A stretch of 64,000 nucleotides of DNA from Raillietiella orientalis (lineage: Eukaryota), in the NCBI GenBank assembly GCA_036172245.1, contig JAYWIR010000083.1, positions 124,001 through 188,000 on the forward strand, written 5' to 3'. How positions within the stretch are numbered: position 1 is the first letter of the stretch; every line of letters begins with the position of its first letter. Under the pieces are notes generated by a model. It had not been told where the DNA came from and searched no databases. It saw only the letters and a program-made list of their open reading frames with translations. The translations under genes were made by a program, and so were the position numbers. Of this stretch, positions 12,184-26,189 are shown one piece after another.

Positions 12184-12904
12184 GTTTCGTCCGCTTGGCT
12201 TCCGTTGCGCGGTGGCGCCGCACGATGGCGACGATTGGGTGGGGGAGCTTCAATGCGTTTCTGCGCGCGCGGTTCTTCTTTAGCTCTCGAGGTGTGCTGT
12301 GTACACATTCTGGAACGTTCCGTTGGCGGATGTGTGTAATCAACGGTTCTTCGAGATGATTCATGAAAATTTCATCCCTGCAGAGGTGTGTGCACATCCA
12401 CGTTCGTTCGTGCAAAGCACGCCATGTTTGCACACGAACTCGTGCTTCTACGGAGAGTTCCGTGTTTGCATTCGGGTCATCTGTGAGTCTGTGGACGGCT
12501 TGCATGTCCTCTCGCACAAATGGAATACTTGATGCGCCCCCCAGTGAAGAAGAGCGGAATCGGGCGTGAATTAAAAATGCGAGCTTGTGTAAGCGATGTG
12601 GGGGTGTTTGGGCAGCCACTTGGTGTCGAGTCGCTTGTCTAAATCAGGCCTCTGTAACCGGCACGCGTTTTTTGCGGACTCCTACTCCGCAGGATATTGA
12701 ATTCCCCCCTGTTTGTCTTGCTGTGGGACCTCGGTAGGCCTTGTGTGATCCCATGAGGAACCGATGGGGATTTCCGCTCAGGAGATGCGCGCCCGCGAGT
12801 GGTGGTCATGTCTTGTCCGGCGGCGCAGTCCAATGCGCCTTCCGTCACATCCACCGCCCTTCTGTCTCAGAGGAGCGCGAAACGCCGTCCCCACTTTGCC
12901 GGAT

Positions 12905-14200
12905 GGGTTGCCACGCGGGTGCACCGGGCGTTTATTTATAAAGAGATCAACTTTCACAATCTCTGTGGTTGGACTGGTGGTCCAGCCACTTGCTTTTCAT
13001 GCCTAACCTGCCACATTACCGGTTCGCAGATCGGTGGGGTCCACCATGGCAGCAGAGGAGAGGGAACAAACAAAAGGAAAAAGAAGCGAAATGAAAATAA
13101 ACAATTTTGGGGGGTGGGGTGGGATGCGGGCACGGGATCACAGTCTGCTGGGGACGGTCTTCTACATGCTTTGGAGGATGCTGGCAAGGTCTTGATAAAT
13201 ACTTCTGTTCGGGTGGGACCATCTCGTTAAGCGGATGGCGAAGGGGATGTGGCACCCCTGTCGCTCGGTCCTCCTCTTGCATCGCTCCAGGCAGCGACCA
13301 TCCTGCGTAGACAGCAGAGGGCTGCCTGCCGAAGTGCGTCGCATAAGAGAAGGTGTCGTATAGCGTCCCTGGAGTTGCCACCAAGGGGTTCCTAGGGTCT
13401 CAGGGAATGGGGATTCGTAGATTCCTAGGGTCCTAGGGTCTGGGGTCGCGTTCCCAGAGGGGCCGGAGGGCAACACAATCCACGAGCAGGTGCGGGAGGG
13501 ATTCGCTCTCCTCATACCCTGCATAGCTTGGATCCACACACACCCGTATCCAGTGATGCCGTTGCAGGGGAGACCCCGTGCATCAGCACCGACTTTTGCC
13601 ACTTCAAGGGGAGGGTTACATCTATCCGAAAGCACTGGGGGCTACTGCAGGTCTTCCTTCGGAATACCCAGTAGCACTCCGCAGAGCAACAGTCCCCGTG
13701 GGAGGCACTCGCTGTGTAAGCATTCATTAGCTTGCCCGTCGTCCATGCGCCCAGACCTCTTCTCCTTACGGATATTGCCTCACGAACCCCCCATCTTGCC
13801 GCAAGGCTGCTGCCCATGCGTTCCCTCAGCGAGAGCCTTTGCCCGATGGGCGTTTCCTCCGCACGGAGCATATGTTTCCCCTTCTGCTTTGCTCCTCTTG
13901 ATCTTCCCGAGCCTTGGATACAAGGATTGTCTCAGACACGCCTGTTTGTCAGCAGCGGTGCACTTTACGCCCGAGTCGGCTCCCAAAGCGTATGTCCTTA
14001 CATCCCGTTATTGTCACTTTTTATGTGCACTGCTCCGCTGTTTATCGCTCGCTGCCTGCGTACAAGTTCAGCCACTTCAGGAATGTTCGGCTTGGAGGGT
14101 TCCTCCCCGAAATTTCATTTCGCTTTTTGTCGAATCGGAATGGGATGCAGGATACCTCATCTTGCATGTCATCAGATGGGCGAGTCAGAGCTCAGCAGCT
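12905..14200 (-). mobile_element. Decayed LINE family A 3' portion with terminus
   Basis: LPLKWQ motif (~13595-13612), zinc-knuckle remnant, RWSHP, T-rich UTR (13068-13103), AATAAA at 12936-12931 followed by the family terminal motif. The upstream boundary is approximate. Confidence 0.75.
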
Positions 14201-14869
14201 CTCCTTCCTTCGGCAGGAGGCCCTGCGCTCTTAGACTTGTTCGGTTTTTTGGGAGCAGAGGTCTCTGGACGTGATGGGGGCTTCACCAACGGATGCCAAC
14301 ACGAAGAATGAGAAGATTTTTTGGCTGAGATATCACGATGCGCACGGTTTTCTTCTGCTTTACTGTACACCTTTTCTTTGCATCCCAGTGGTACGGCATT
14401 GCATGAATCGTCCCTTCGCGATTTCGTTTCCCATACCATCTTTCCCAAAAATAATTGTGCACATGTCTTCGCGAGCAGAGAAGCATTCTCTTCAATGAAA
14501 TTTCCTCCTTCTCCCTTTGCTTCCTTTTTCCTTTTTTTTCTAATAGAATTTTTCGGTTTGCTAAGATCACAAACATCTGTGCTGGTACGTTGGCGCATCC
14601 CCACTGAGGTGCTCGGGAAGCCAACGGAGTGAGCGCCGGGGTACCTCAGCAAGGGATTCGGGAAACGTGGCAGACCTTCGAGAGCGGAGAGCCGTCGGGC
14701 TGCTCTCCAACGCAATGAATGGAACAAGTGAATAGTAAACACCTAGGAGAACAATGGTATGTGAGCCTCAAAACGACCATTTTATGCAGTGATTTCGTTT
14801 CCAGGGTTCCAGAGAAGCAAAATGAGTATCTTATTTTCAAATGGTACGCCTAGACCTCAGCAACCATTA

Positions 14870-15640
14870 TCAAAATGGATGGACTTCTTCAAGAGCGGAA
14901 CTTGGTGAAACAATCGGGAATCTCCAAATTCTTTCAAGGGACGAAAAAAAAAAGAAGGAATGAAGTCTGGCTTGATTCTTTGCAAACCAATAAAGAACGT
15001 GAAGGACAGGTTGCGACGAAAGAGAATGCGAGGTTTTCGGGCTCGGGAAAAAAAAATGAACTCGACTAGGCAATCTAGGGCGGGGAGGATTCAATAAAGT
15101 AAGACGTCTCCAGGAAGGTCCTGAAGGGCCCCGGGTAGTAAAAGGTTTGGGAATGGGGGAAGGCGTCCAGCAACATCGCAGGAAGTTTTCAGGTGCATCC
15201 CGATATGTGATCTTCAGGGTGCGCGCGTGGAGCAGATATTGGGATGACACAGCGTGGACTTCCAACGTCCATGGTCCGTTCGATGGGGACCACGAGAACA
15301 CTGACGCTCCGAAGAAAATGCGCTCGAGAATCTGAGTTTTTTTTTGGGGTGGGGGGTTGGGGGTGGGGCTCTCCGTATACCCCCACGGTATAACCTTTTG
15401 CATCTTGACATTTCCAGTGCTGCGAGAAGCAAGCAATCAGTGTCCTGTCAGGCGCACAAGACACCGCTGGCACCATTCTAGCGAGGATTCCAAGGAGGAG
15501 CAGAGTCCACGGGGCAAGCTTTCTGGAGCTCCTTACAGACGGCGACGGAGCAACTTCTGGCTTCATTCGTTCTCGAGACCCGGCGACGCGCCGGTTGGGC
15601 CGGCATCGATCTTAAGACGTGCAGACTGACAGGAATAAAT
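14870..15640 (-). pseudogene. Possible AP-endonuclease remnant of a LINE
   Basis: DRTLIACF...GYTVGVYGEP resembles the APE GR.l....vxvYxP motif; lies upstream of the copy above on the same strand. Confidence 0.4.
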
Positions 15641-18289
15641 GATGGAGGCGAGATGCTCCGCAGAAACGGATGCGGGGGGGGAACTCGGATGGAATTTCCT
15701 AACTGAAGATTTCTAGGGCTGAAAGCGAGCTGAACGTGTCCCCGCCTCCCGGTCGTGGTGCAAGGAATACGCGTGTTGTCGCCCGAACCTCGCCCTCCCT
15801 TCCAAAGCAAAAATGCCCTTGCGGAGTGGAAAGGCAGCATCATCGTCCGCTCCAAGGAGGGCAGCTGCCCACTGCGTACCCTAGCAGAATGGTTTGTTTA
15901 TCATCCGCTGCCGAAAAATTTCCGGTTGTTGAGCAAATTGCGGGACGCTCGAGGCAAAAAAAGAAAGAGAAAAAAGCGGGAGATGGAGGATTGTTGATAG
16001 ACATCAAATGAGAGAACGAGTCGCGCGTTGTTGTTGTTTTTTCCTGCCTGGAAACAGCTTTGCATCTCTCCATAAAGGGTGCCATGGGAAGCAGAAGCGA
16101 CCTGCTGTGTTGCACCGCCTTCTCGAAACTTGACCCGGAATCTTTCAAACCGCTCCTTTTCTTGGTGAGGAAACCTCAGGGATGCTTGCACTCTCCATCA
16201 TTTGCAGATGCTTGCAAGAAACTCCTCACTGACGTTCCCGGCTCTTCTCTTCCGATTGTTTCCATCTGAGCGAGGAAGCGCTGCTTTTGCAGGGCGAGAG
16301 CTGCAGAGTTGCTACTGACGACTAGTTCTCTCTCGATGAAGCCGTCTCCGAAAGCACCCCTGCGAGAAGGAGGAAGAGGTCCTTTGTTGCTACCCCATGG
16401 TCCCTTCAGTGTGGCCTCTCTCTTCGTGCTGAAGCTGCCGTGGTGGAGGATATGCACCTGAATGATGAAAAAGGGTAAGACGTGGGCAGCAGCGTCAGTG
16501 CGAGAACCAACGCCTTTGTCAGCAAGTTCCTTATGGGAAAAGCAAAACTTGCCGCCTGGCATGGAACACGACCTTTGTGTTTTTTTGATGGACGCATCCA
16601 ATGTGAGGGAAGGGAACTCAAAACTGGCCAAAAAAAGAGGCTCCAATTATGTTCAGATTGTCAAGAAGCAGGAGATTGAAATTCATATCTTCGCACGCTC
16701 GAAACTGGAAGACTGGATTCTATCTTTCGTGTTCCGCTTCGGAAACCCCTATGCTTAGTCTCGGAGATAGCCAGCATCTTGCAGAGCTCGCAAGCGCGGA
16801 GGTGCCAAGGTGTATGCGCACTCATCTTCCTCCCTCTGGACTCACTCTGTGTAAAGAGTTTATTTATTCTCTCTTCGCTGAATTTGGGGACGATTAGGCA
16901 CCGGATGGTGGCTTCGTGCATCCGGTACTCCAGCGACACCTGTGCAGTCCGAGTCACACGAAGGACCGTCAAACAGATGCAGCAGGAGAACCCCAGCGGT
17001 CAGCTCTCGCAAGACGAAGAACAGGAAGCTGAAGAAGCGACATGCTGAGCGGCGGCGAGCGCCCCAGATGAACAGAGGAGGAACTCGGAAAGAATGTCAA
17101 GAGCCTCTCCTGTAACGTGTTGTATAATTGTAAATCAAAACAATAAAAAGCTGCTCCGCAAGCTCCCTAGTGAGGCACTCTGAGGTGGCTTTCTGAAGAA
17201 GAGGGCTGCTCTCCGAAGTGCAAGCCACTGGCTTGGCTGGGCCTCCTTCCCCCGAGCTGCAGCATCCTGCGAATCGCCCGTCCAATGGGACGCTTTCGAA
17301 GGTCCCGATAGCACCGCTCGTTTCCAAGCAATAAGAGCATTGTTGAACGCTCAGCAACTCCAAGTGTTCGCAGTGAACGAGCAGCTCATTGTTGCCGGTC
17401 ATTATTGCGAAGAAGGTGCCCCGGAAAAGTGAGACTCGTTTCCAGTTCAGCTGCTTGGAGATGCCAGGGAAACAGGCAGTGCGTTTCCACCCGGCTGCTC
17501 CGGACCCTTTATTTGTTTGTTTGTTTTTTTTTCTACAAAGAAAAGCAAGCGTACAAGCCAGCGAGGGAGTTGGAAGATTTCGGGAGCTCCGGAGAAGCGC
17601 TAGCGCGAACATACGGCGTCACGTGGGATGGTTAGCGCCTGAGCGTCATCACGTGACCTTCCTTGGCGCAGGACTCACAGGCGCTGCGGGAGACGTGGCT
17701 GATGCACGGGGGTGCACCTCAGGTAGGAGCATGTCACTCCCAAGAGTGGCGCGCCGGCACTCTGAGCCAGCGCAGTGACGGGACGCCGCCAGCGAGCGGG
17801 CATGACGATGTCTCTGCCGGAAGCGCGGATCTCTCTTGGGAAGATGGCTGCGAACGTGTCGTACCACGGAATCCATGGCCTCCGACTGCATCCTGGGAGG
17901 GCGTCCCGGCCTCCCAAGATGCAGTCGGAGGAGCGGATGCTTTCGGTGAGAGCAGAGCTGAGGGAGACAGAGCTCAGAAAGTCCCGCAGCGCGCGAGGCG
18001 GCGGCCGTAGAAAGCGCCTAAGGGAGAGCAGGTGTCACTGCGAGGTCGGGGAGGTGGAAGAGAGAAGGCCGGAGAAGAGGCGGCACTCCATGAAGAGATC
18101 TCGGAATCCCGCACCAGGATGGCGGGACGATTTCTGCAGCAACCAGATGGATCGAACTCTCGATGAGAATCGGGCATCGAGAAGACACAGGAAGTTCTCT
18201 AGCGGTGTTTCGAGACTCTTCTGGGAAAGGCAGGGGCTGCTGGAAAAGGCGCGCTGCAAGGGATCGCTTCCTGGATTCGGAAGCCCAGT

Positions 18290-18620
18290 TGGCAGGCGGC
18301 AAGGGAAATTCCTCATATGGGTCAGGCATCCAGGAAGAAGGAGCAGAGGAAGTGGAAGCGGAAGAACCGCTGAAAGCACGGAAAAAAGGAACAGGAGGAA
18401 CGAAAAATGGAGGGAGGTGGGTGGGGAAAGGGAGGAACAGCAATCGTGGCAGGGACAGGAGGAACAACAAGGCAAAGGTGGGAAAGGAAAATGGAAGTCC
18501 AAGAGTGAGTAGCAACAAAAGAACAGGAACAGCGACAGGTTGTAAGGTAGGCAGATAACAAAGAAGGGAAGGGAAAAACATGAGCGCAAGGAGGAATAGG
18601 AGCAGATTGGTGGTGGGAAT
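18290..18620. repeat. Purine-rich low-complexity tract
   Basis: Dominated by gga/gaa/aca words; gives R/K/E/G-rich and F/L/P-rich shadow ORFs. Confidence 0.55.
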
Positions 18621-19269
18621 GCAAGTGATACGTACGGAAGAGCGATGAGGGGCGCTTAAGATGACGGGAAAGGATGGGTGGAGTTTCCGGATAGCGTAGT
18701 GGCCCGGAGTCTTCCCAACCTCTTTCTAGCTGCAGCGGCAGCGTTGCGAGCGGCGTTCGGCTCAGCACGAATTTTCCTTATGAACTGGCAGCTGGCAGCT
18801 GAGTTTTGAGGTGAGGCAGTCTCCCCTCAAAACAGCAAAGGGGGAAACCACTCACAGGCCTGGTTCCAAAGGAGAGCAAATGTGAAAAGGATGCTGACCC
18901 ATTTGGCCGACGATGCGGACTGCGGCTTACATGAGCGCCTCTTTCTACAAAATTCCAGGACAGAAAGTCTCCTCCGGTAGAGGCGCGCCTAAAGGTCAGA
19001 CACGAGCAGGGTCATCCCTCGAGGATGGTCTCAGCGACGACTGACCATTGTCCGGAAGCTCCCCCTGCCTGATCCCTATCATACCAGAGGTAGAGGAATA
19101 AGGGAGGGAGGGAACGGGACAGACGCGAAAATGATGGGACGAATTCGACTCGAAGAGTTTCAAACCGATGGTTCCTCGCCGGGGCAAGAGAAAGAAAGAG
19201 AAGAGATAATGAGGATGACCTGCCAGTTGCATCACGGCTGGCATTAGTGCTGTTGCGACATCTGGCGAT

Positions 19270-19860
19270 ATGTGGGCGGGCGGTTCAGCGTCTTGAGTGG
19301 CATCCTTATCAGCAGCCGGCGTTTCTTCATCGGCGTCGGAAGCGCAGAGGAGCTGTCAGGGACCGGATGGCGAGCTAAGAGACGAAAGCTCTGCGACAGG
19401 ATAGACTGGACCCTGGACTGGGGAGGCTGCGAGATGCGTGCTCACGGGGTCGCTCTCTCTCTGTCACCCCTGAAAGAGCTTCACCGTGCTCCTGGGGAAC
19501 CCGTGAGCTGTCCTAGGACGGCAGAGGCGGTGGTGGTTCGAGGCGCGTCTCTGCTGGATCGTAAAAGACGCTGCCGAGTGGCGTCCCAGCACGGCCGAGG
19601 GCGCAGAGGTGAGCACCTTTCCTCCTGCTCCATTCTTCAGGAGCGAGGTAAGTTTCCTTACCACTTCCCTGCAAGACCGGAAGATCAGGAGTCGTTTGGA
19701 TCGCTGATCAGATGTGTCAGGAAGTTTCAGTTCTCACATTCAGTCTCCAGATGCCTTTCTGCTTGTCATCCTGAAGGTTCCGCATTCCGGCCCTCATGTT
19801 ATTTGGTCCCCGGACGCTTTCTAAAGGATTTCCTCTCCTAGGGGACTTTTGGAGAAGCAT
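19270..19860 (+). pseudogene. Possible AP-endonuclease remnant
   Basis: GRFSVLSGILISSRRFFIGVGSA resembles APE GR...iigvYaP; later TLDWGG (~iigGDFN). Strongly decayed. Confidence 0.35.
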
Positions 19861-20167
19861 CGGGACTTCAAGGAGAGCTCTGCAGCGTGAAATGCGGAAG
19901 TGCACCGACCGTCGATGGCGGCGGTGCTCCACAGAAAGATGCCCTGGATGACTTCTCCGGAATGCCGTCTAGTGAAGCGATGCCTGAGATGGCCCACGAT
20001 GGACTTTTGGCGAACACCAACTGGGCAGTCCCAATGGTTGCTTTCCGCCTATGGGACAGTCCTGCCCTGCGAACTCTGATTTCGGAGGCTCTCAGATTCG
20101 CTTCTCCATAGAAAGTAACGCAGATGGGAGTTTCTCCTTTCCACAATGTTAAGGGACAGCTCTTCTG

Positions 20168-20259
20168 GGTGGTGATGGTGGTGGTGGTGGTGAAGAGGAG
20201 GAGGAGGAGGAGGAAGGGAAGAGGAGAAAGGTAGGAAGGGAATAGAGGAGGAGGAGGAG
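20168..20259. repeat. Compound (GGT)n/(GAG)n microsatellite
   Basis: ggtggtgatggtggtggtggtggtgaagaggaggaggaggaggagg...gaggaggaggaggag. Confidence 0.9.
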
Positions 20260-20358
20260 CATGGATTATCGTGCCCAAAGATCGACATAATCGAAGTTTG
20301 CTTCCCTGCCAGCACGCAAGGAAAAACAGGAACCTCAGGAATCAGCCTCAGGGTGTAG

Positions 20359-20421
20359 CAGTCTCAGCACTTCTCGGCTCCTGCGCCGTTCATCTCGAAA
20401 GAAGAAAAAATGTCCTCGGAG
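20359..20421 (+). repeat. Short dispersed repeat (second copy 21834-21895)
   Basis: cagtctcagcacttctcgg.tcctg..c.gttcatctcg.aagaagaaa.atgtcctcggag shared by both sites. Confidence 0.85.
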
Positions 20422-21959
20422 TGTCCAACAGCTTCGCATAAATGTCCAGTTAGGTTCGGATGCATTGCCTGGGCGCAGGAGCTGGAAGGCATCGCGCTCA
20501 TGCGGTGCATTTACTCAGGAAAGGCGCTGCAGAGATAGCAGCGCAGCTCTTGCGGGCATCGAGCACCCACGCCTGATCTCACCAGAAGCCGTTCCTCTTG
20601 CAAGACTCGAGTGGTGGAAGCTTCCCTTTAGGAGATACCTGTCTCGTAAAGTCTCCCTTGCCTGAAGCTGCAGTCTACTTTACCATTCCAGCTTGACGCT
20701 AACGAAGATTCCCATGAATTCCTGCCTTCCTTCCGAACGCTGTTTCCGATGCTCCGCGGTAGACTGCTGGAATTCATTTGCTTGGAATGCAGTAAGGAAC
20801 TCCTCCCCGCGATTTGATGAAACCAGCGCACTGCTCGCAGTGTGGGCATGTCAGGATGTTCCCGGAAGGAAAGGGGACCTTGATTTATTCCCGAATCATT
20901 TCCGATCTCACTTTCGGAATGATCGGATGCAGCTGATCCAGCTTCCATGCGACAGTATCTCATGTAGTTACATCCTAAGTCTCCTGCATCACTTGATGCA
21001 TGCTGAAGCTCAGGCTTCCTCCATGCATTTAGTGCCATCTTGCATCGTTTCTGCATCTTGTTCGTGCTCAAGAGCTGTGTGATACATGGAGAGCCCATGT
21101 GCTCAGATGGGTCTTCTAGGGAAGATAAGATCTTGGAGCTCAGCTACCACCTAGCACTTTGTACAAGTGGTAGCTGATCGTCTCAGGGCCCTTTGCAAGT
21201 GCTTCAAGAGAGTCTCAAAGCCCTTCGCAGTTCATGATGGTCTCAAAGTTCAAAGAAGTAGCCCATCTCAAGGCACCAAGAGAGCCTCAAAGTACTTTGC
21301 AAGTGGTTCAAGAGACCTGGAAGAAGATTTTGTGGAAAAAAATCTTCCGGTAAGGAAGAAAAATGCTTTCCAAGGAATTCTGAGCTCAAAGGGGGCATCC
21401 ATGGGCTGTTTCCCAAGATTGGCGGAGTGAATCTCGCGGTCGGAATGGAGCACCCGGCTGACAGAGTATGGAGGAATGCGCTCTATCCTTGAGGAGTTTT
21501 TTTATACGCCCCCCTCCCTTCTCTCTCAACGTGGGGCTCTTCGTGGTGGTTACCACCGCCCAGGCATCAAATGTCTCGGGACCCAAGGAAGCCGAGAAGG
21601 GCTGGTGAGCTGCCCATCTTTTCTCTAAGAATAATCACTCGGCGCCTGCGGAATGGCATCCCGAAAAAGGGATTTGAACCCATCGAGCAAGAAACTTTGT
21701 GCCTTTGGATCTCGACAAGATGAGCCTCCTAGACAGAGTTCTCGTGGGAGTTCTGCTCATCCATTCTACGAATCTTGGAACAGGGTACACGCCCTCTGGC
21801 TCTCGGTAGCATCCTCTTGTTACTGAGGAGCACCAGTCTCAGCACTTCTCGGATCCTGTACTGTTCATCTCGGAAGAAGAAAGATGTCCTCGGAGCATTC
21901 ATCGGAGTGACCATCACTCAAAGCTCCTTGCAAGTTCAAGTTTCTCTGAAGGACGCTTC

Positions 21960-22260
21960 TTATACTCTGGGGAGGTAACCTCTGTGGAGGGTATCAACCA
22001 GCTCCATGGTACGGCTCCATTTTCACACCGGAGGGGAACCCAGAAGGGTTGCTTGATTCTTGAGAGACCCCTGGGGTTTTCCGACTTCCACCAGCGCCGC
22101 ATCCCAGTACCGCGTAGACCAACCAGTGTGATCTTGCGAAGGGGAGAGGGAGGAACTCGAAATATTTCTCTGCGTCAATCCTTCCTCGGTGGGATTCGAA
22201 CCTTCAACACTTGGCATCGCGCTCGGAGACCGCAGCCTTGCACACTGGCAAAGGCACGCT
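21960..22260 (-). mobile_element. Family B (SINE-like) fragment with tRNA-like B box
   Basis: Shares atcaacca.ctccatggta..g..ccattttcaca with the 35130 and 26270 copies; GGTTCGAATCCC on minus strand at 22202-22191. Confidence 0.6.
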
Positions 22261-23111
22261 TTTGATGTACGCTTCGTTGCTTCAGATGCCAACACTTGTG
22301 GGCTCTTCTGCTCGAGAGTCAGCAGTGACCGATGATGATGCAGACGAGTCGCAAATGTGGTGGATGGTATTCGAAAGCCGTCGCTGAGGCGAAGATTGAT
22401 GAGATGAGAAACGTCTGAGTGCTGAAACTCTAAGACGCCGCTCCTCTGCATCTATGTAGATTGAGATCCTGTCGGTTCTTTCGACCTCGGAGAAGGATGT
22501 CATGGAGATCATGAAGATTTTTCGGGGTGCATTTCTTCGGCACGTCATCATTTCGGGGGCACATCATCATGGGTGAGGAGAGCTTCCGGCGGAAGCTTCT
22601 GGCACCCTGTTTGCACCCACGCCTTCCGTGGAGTCTTCGTGGTCATCAGCTGGGCACGGGAGATGCCAGAGAAGCGCCTCTTCGACCCATTTAGCTTCTC
22701 CTGCGCCCTCGATCGTGACTTTCTCCACTCAACTCCACGGGAAGGCCGCAATCTTTTCGAATGGATTGTCTTCTCGATTCGGAGAACTTTTGCCGCCTTA
22801 CGCGTGTGGTTTCCTCGGGATGGGAGGATGGAGGATTCGATCTGTAAACTTTTCCCTCGACCACGGTGGCGGATGCATGACCCGCATTATGTGAGACTAA
22901 GAACACATGATCGAGCCCCCCCCCCCCCCACAAACAACAACAACTACACCAGCAACAACAAAACAAAACAAAACACCAAAGATGCCGGAAATGCGCGTGT
23001 CGCGGGCTCATCTGAAGAATGGATTCAGGGGACCACGTACAAGGAGTAAAAAAGAGTTGCATTGGGATGGGAAGCCTCATCTAGGAGCTGCCTTGCTATT
23101 CGTGACTGGAA

Positions 23112-23420
23112 GGTTTATCATTCGGATATGCGGGGCATTTATTATTCAAATTTCATAATGAAGTCTTAGAATTATGTGCAGGCAGAACACGTGGTTCTGT
23201 CTGCCTTGATACACTTTCCGCTGCCGGCCCGCAGGCCTCTGAGGTCGTCTCTGGAGGCGATGGGGACGGGAAAACCACAAAGAAAAACAAAAAAAATAAA
23301 ACAAAAACCAAGGGGAGGGGAATGTTTTAGGGGGATGGAGGGCTGGGAAGGGATCACTGTTCACCCCGAGTGGTCCTCTGCATTCTGTTCAGGATGCAGA
23401 TAAGTGCCGGACGTAATGTT
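23112..23420 (-). mobile_element. LINE family A 3' UTR and terminus
   Basis: gatcccttccc...T-rich tract...AATAAATGCCCCGC on minus strand (AATAAA 23143-23138). Confidence 0.65.
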
Positions 23421-24099
23421 CTTAGCCGGGGCAGCGGGAAGCTTTCTCAATGTGGGAGGTATTCTCGGGAAACGCAATCTTATTTCTGGGGATGCAAAGA
23501 AATTCGTACCGGGAGCCGCTGTACAGTTCGATGCTCTCCATGGCTCCGAAGTGCAAAGTGGACCGAGGCTGTCAAGAAACAATCATTTTTTTCCTCAGCT
23601 GGATGGAAACTGAGGACTTATGATTCAAACTTCGGGAACAGTAAGGAGATTCTGGAATGCCGGGAAAAAAATGCTAATGGAGCACTGCGGAAGTTTCCAT
23701 GTGATGAACCAGAAATGAGCGTGAAATGTGCTTTAGTCGAAAAGCATTCCACTCTTCACGAGAGCAGCATGTGAGCAAAATGACATCATCACATTTAATC
23801 CCAGAGGGCATGCTCCCGCTCAAAAGGCTATGTCCTTGGAATCGTTAATAAGCACGAGCTGCCAACTCCGAGACCCGCAGATTCCAGCCTGGAGCTTCTG
23901 GAGACGGCTGCTGCCTTTTGGGATCTACCAGGAAACCTGTTGGAGTCGCCACGAGCTCGGAAGGAGTTGCAACGGCTGAAAAGAAGGAGCACAGGGAAGA
24001 TGAAGATTGACAATCCTTCTTCCTGAAGATGTCAAGGGGAAAAAAGACATGTTCACATACGTGCACTTCCAGTTAAGATCAATTAAAGGCAAAGACTGG

Positions 24100-25060
24100 G
24101 GTTGGGTACGCCATAGAGGATGAAACTTACCATTGCCAGATGAAACGTTTCTTGAAAAAATGAAAAAGCCAATTTTTTTTTCATGTTGTCTCATGGCCAC
24201 TTAGTTTCTTGGGTGTCCAGTCGAAAGCGGTCTTTGATGCACTCTGTGCGTCAAACCTAAGCATCAGTCCGTCGGAGCTGGGTCGCGGGTGGAAGATCCC
24301 ATCCCAGAACTGTTTGAAGAAGATTGCTGAGGCTCTCGCGGCTCACAAGCAGTATCGCTTAAGAAATCATTGTGTGAAATGATAGAGATGAAGATCTGGG
24401 AAGGAACCGGAAAGACCTTGACGAGGACAAAGTTTCCCGTACTTCCATACTGGGGAGAAGAAGGAAGAAAATTTCTTCTACTGGGAAGCAAACCTCTGTG
24501 AGCATATTCGATCCGTAGGAAACTGCCAGCCGAAGAAGGAACCGGAGAGAGCATAAGAACACAGAAGGAGCGGACGCAAATGCAGATGCGTGAAGGCATC
24601 GGACTTCACCGGGGACCGAGGAAGTGACGGTGGAGGTGACCAGTGGTGGAAAACAGTATCTTGCAAAGAAGGCTTTCTCACTGGGTGGACACGGAACAGT
24701 AGATTGAGAAGGTAGGAGCCTCGGTCAGGAATCCTGGTAGTCCTTAGTACTACGGTCTCGGGAATGACTCGGTGAATCCTCCTACATCCTCCAGACACTT
24801 TTCCAGAAATCTTCATGAGATCTCTTTAAATGCAAAAGAAGCAATTTGGGCTTGCAAATTTCCTCAGAGTGACACGGGGCAGCAGTGCTCACTTCCTGCT
24901 GCTCCCCGGAGCCACTAGAAAAGAAATAACGTTCCATAGCTAAGGAAGAAGGTGAACTGGATTCTGGACATTCTTTGAGCTCCAATCGCATTCGAAAGCC
25001 TCTGAAAGAGGCCCATCCGGGCTGCTGACAGCGTCTCCCCTTCCTGCATCTCCTAGACGA
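24100..25060 (-). pseudogene. Possible LINE linker / RT N-terminal remnant
   Basis: DFWKSVW, RSPVKSDAF (~KSPGPDG), GWQFP, SRSFRFL in RT-like order; weak. Confidence 0.3.
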
Positions 25061-25603
25061 ATGCAAGAAGCCATCTGCCGTGATGGCCTCTTTCAGACCC
25101 TACTGGCTTTGCAGCTGGTCACACACGGACGTCCGGCAGCCAGGAAAGGTGCCTTCCAAAGGGCATCCCTCATTCCACGCAACGCTCTCCAAGTCAGGAG
25201 CGAGGAAGAGTCTTGCGTTGCTCTTCCAGGTGCCGGGAGAGAAGTAAGCAGACTGGAAGGGTGTGCAGCTGGCAGCGCCGAGTTTCCTCTCGAAGGATTC
25301 CGAGCCCAGCGCCGCCACTGGACTCCTTGTCCTTGGCTCCCCGCATCCGTCGCTCGGTCGCGTCGCAACTGGCATCCCTGGACGCATGAGGAGCTGTTTG
25401 GCGAATCCTTTCCTCCACCACCTCCAAGCGTTCTTCACGTCCACGTTGGAGGCTGTGAGGCTGCGGTCTCAGCGCGCTGCAGGTTGGAATCCTCTTTATG
25501 GGGGGGAGGGGGGAGGATCAACACTGAAAAATGGGTGCGTCGTGGGTTTCGAGTTCCCCCGCACGATGGCGCTGGTTGGCCTGGAGGTTTCGGGTGCTGT
25601 ACT

Positions 25604-26170
25604 GGTTGACATCCGTCAAATCGGGCCGTTTATTCATAAAAAAAAAGACATCCATGTCTGTGGCAGGACTTTTGATCCTGCCACGTTACTTATGAATACG
25701 GGAAGGGACCTGCCGGTAACTGACACGCAGGCCAGTGAGGTTCGCCTCGGCAGCACAGGGGAAGGGCAGGCGAACAAAAAGAAAAAAGCAAAACAGAAAA
25801 CATACAGTCAAAAAAGAAGGGGGGTTCGAGTAGGGATCACCGGGTGCTGGAGGATGTCCTTTGCATCCTCGTAAGAAGGCCGGCAAGTTCCTGTTTCAAG
25901 ACTCCCAGATGGGGCCATCTTAACGCTGTCCTCATAAAGAGGACAACAAAATGGATGACATCCCTGTAGTTATGGCCTCTGGCGTTGCTCCATGCAGACA
26001 CGATCCCGCCACATGGAAAGCAAAGTGCTGCTAGGGATGCTGCCAGCGTGAGGGCGTCGCTCAGGAAGAGGCGTTTTAAAACGTCTCTCGGGTTGCCTCC
26101 GGGGATTCCTAGGGCCGTAGCAAAGCGTTCCCAGAGGGGCTGGAGGGCAAAACAGTCGGTACTGTGGAAG
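25604..26170 (-). mobile_element. LINE family A 3' end
   Basis: Clearly similar to 42152-42690 (ctgtggcaggac.tttgatc.tgccacgttacttatgaat, gttcgcctcgg.agcacaggggaagg, cccagatgggg); AATAAA at 25634-25629. Confidence 0.85.
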
Positions 26171-26189
26171 CGGGAAGACGGGATGCCCC

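Noticed and set aside
15336..15368. Telomere-like T/G runs
   Set aside because: No regular repeat unit; simple homopolymer tracts.
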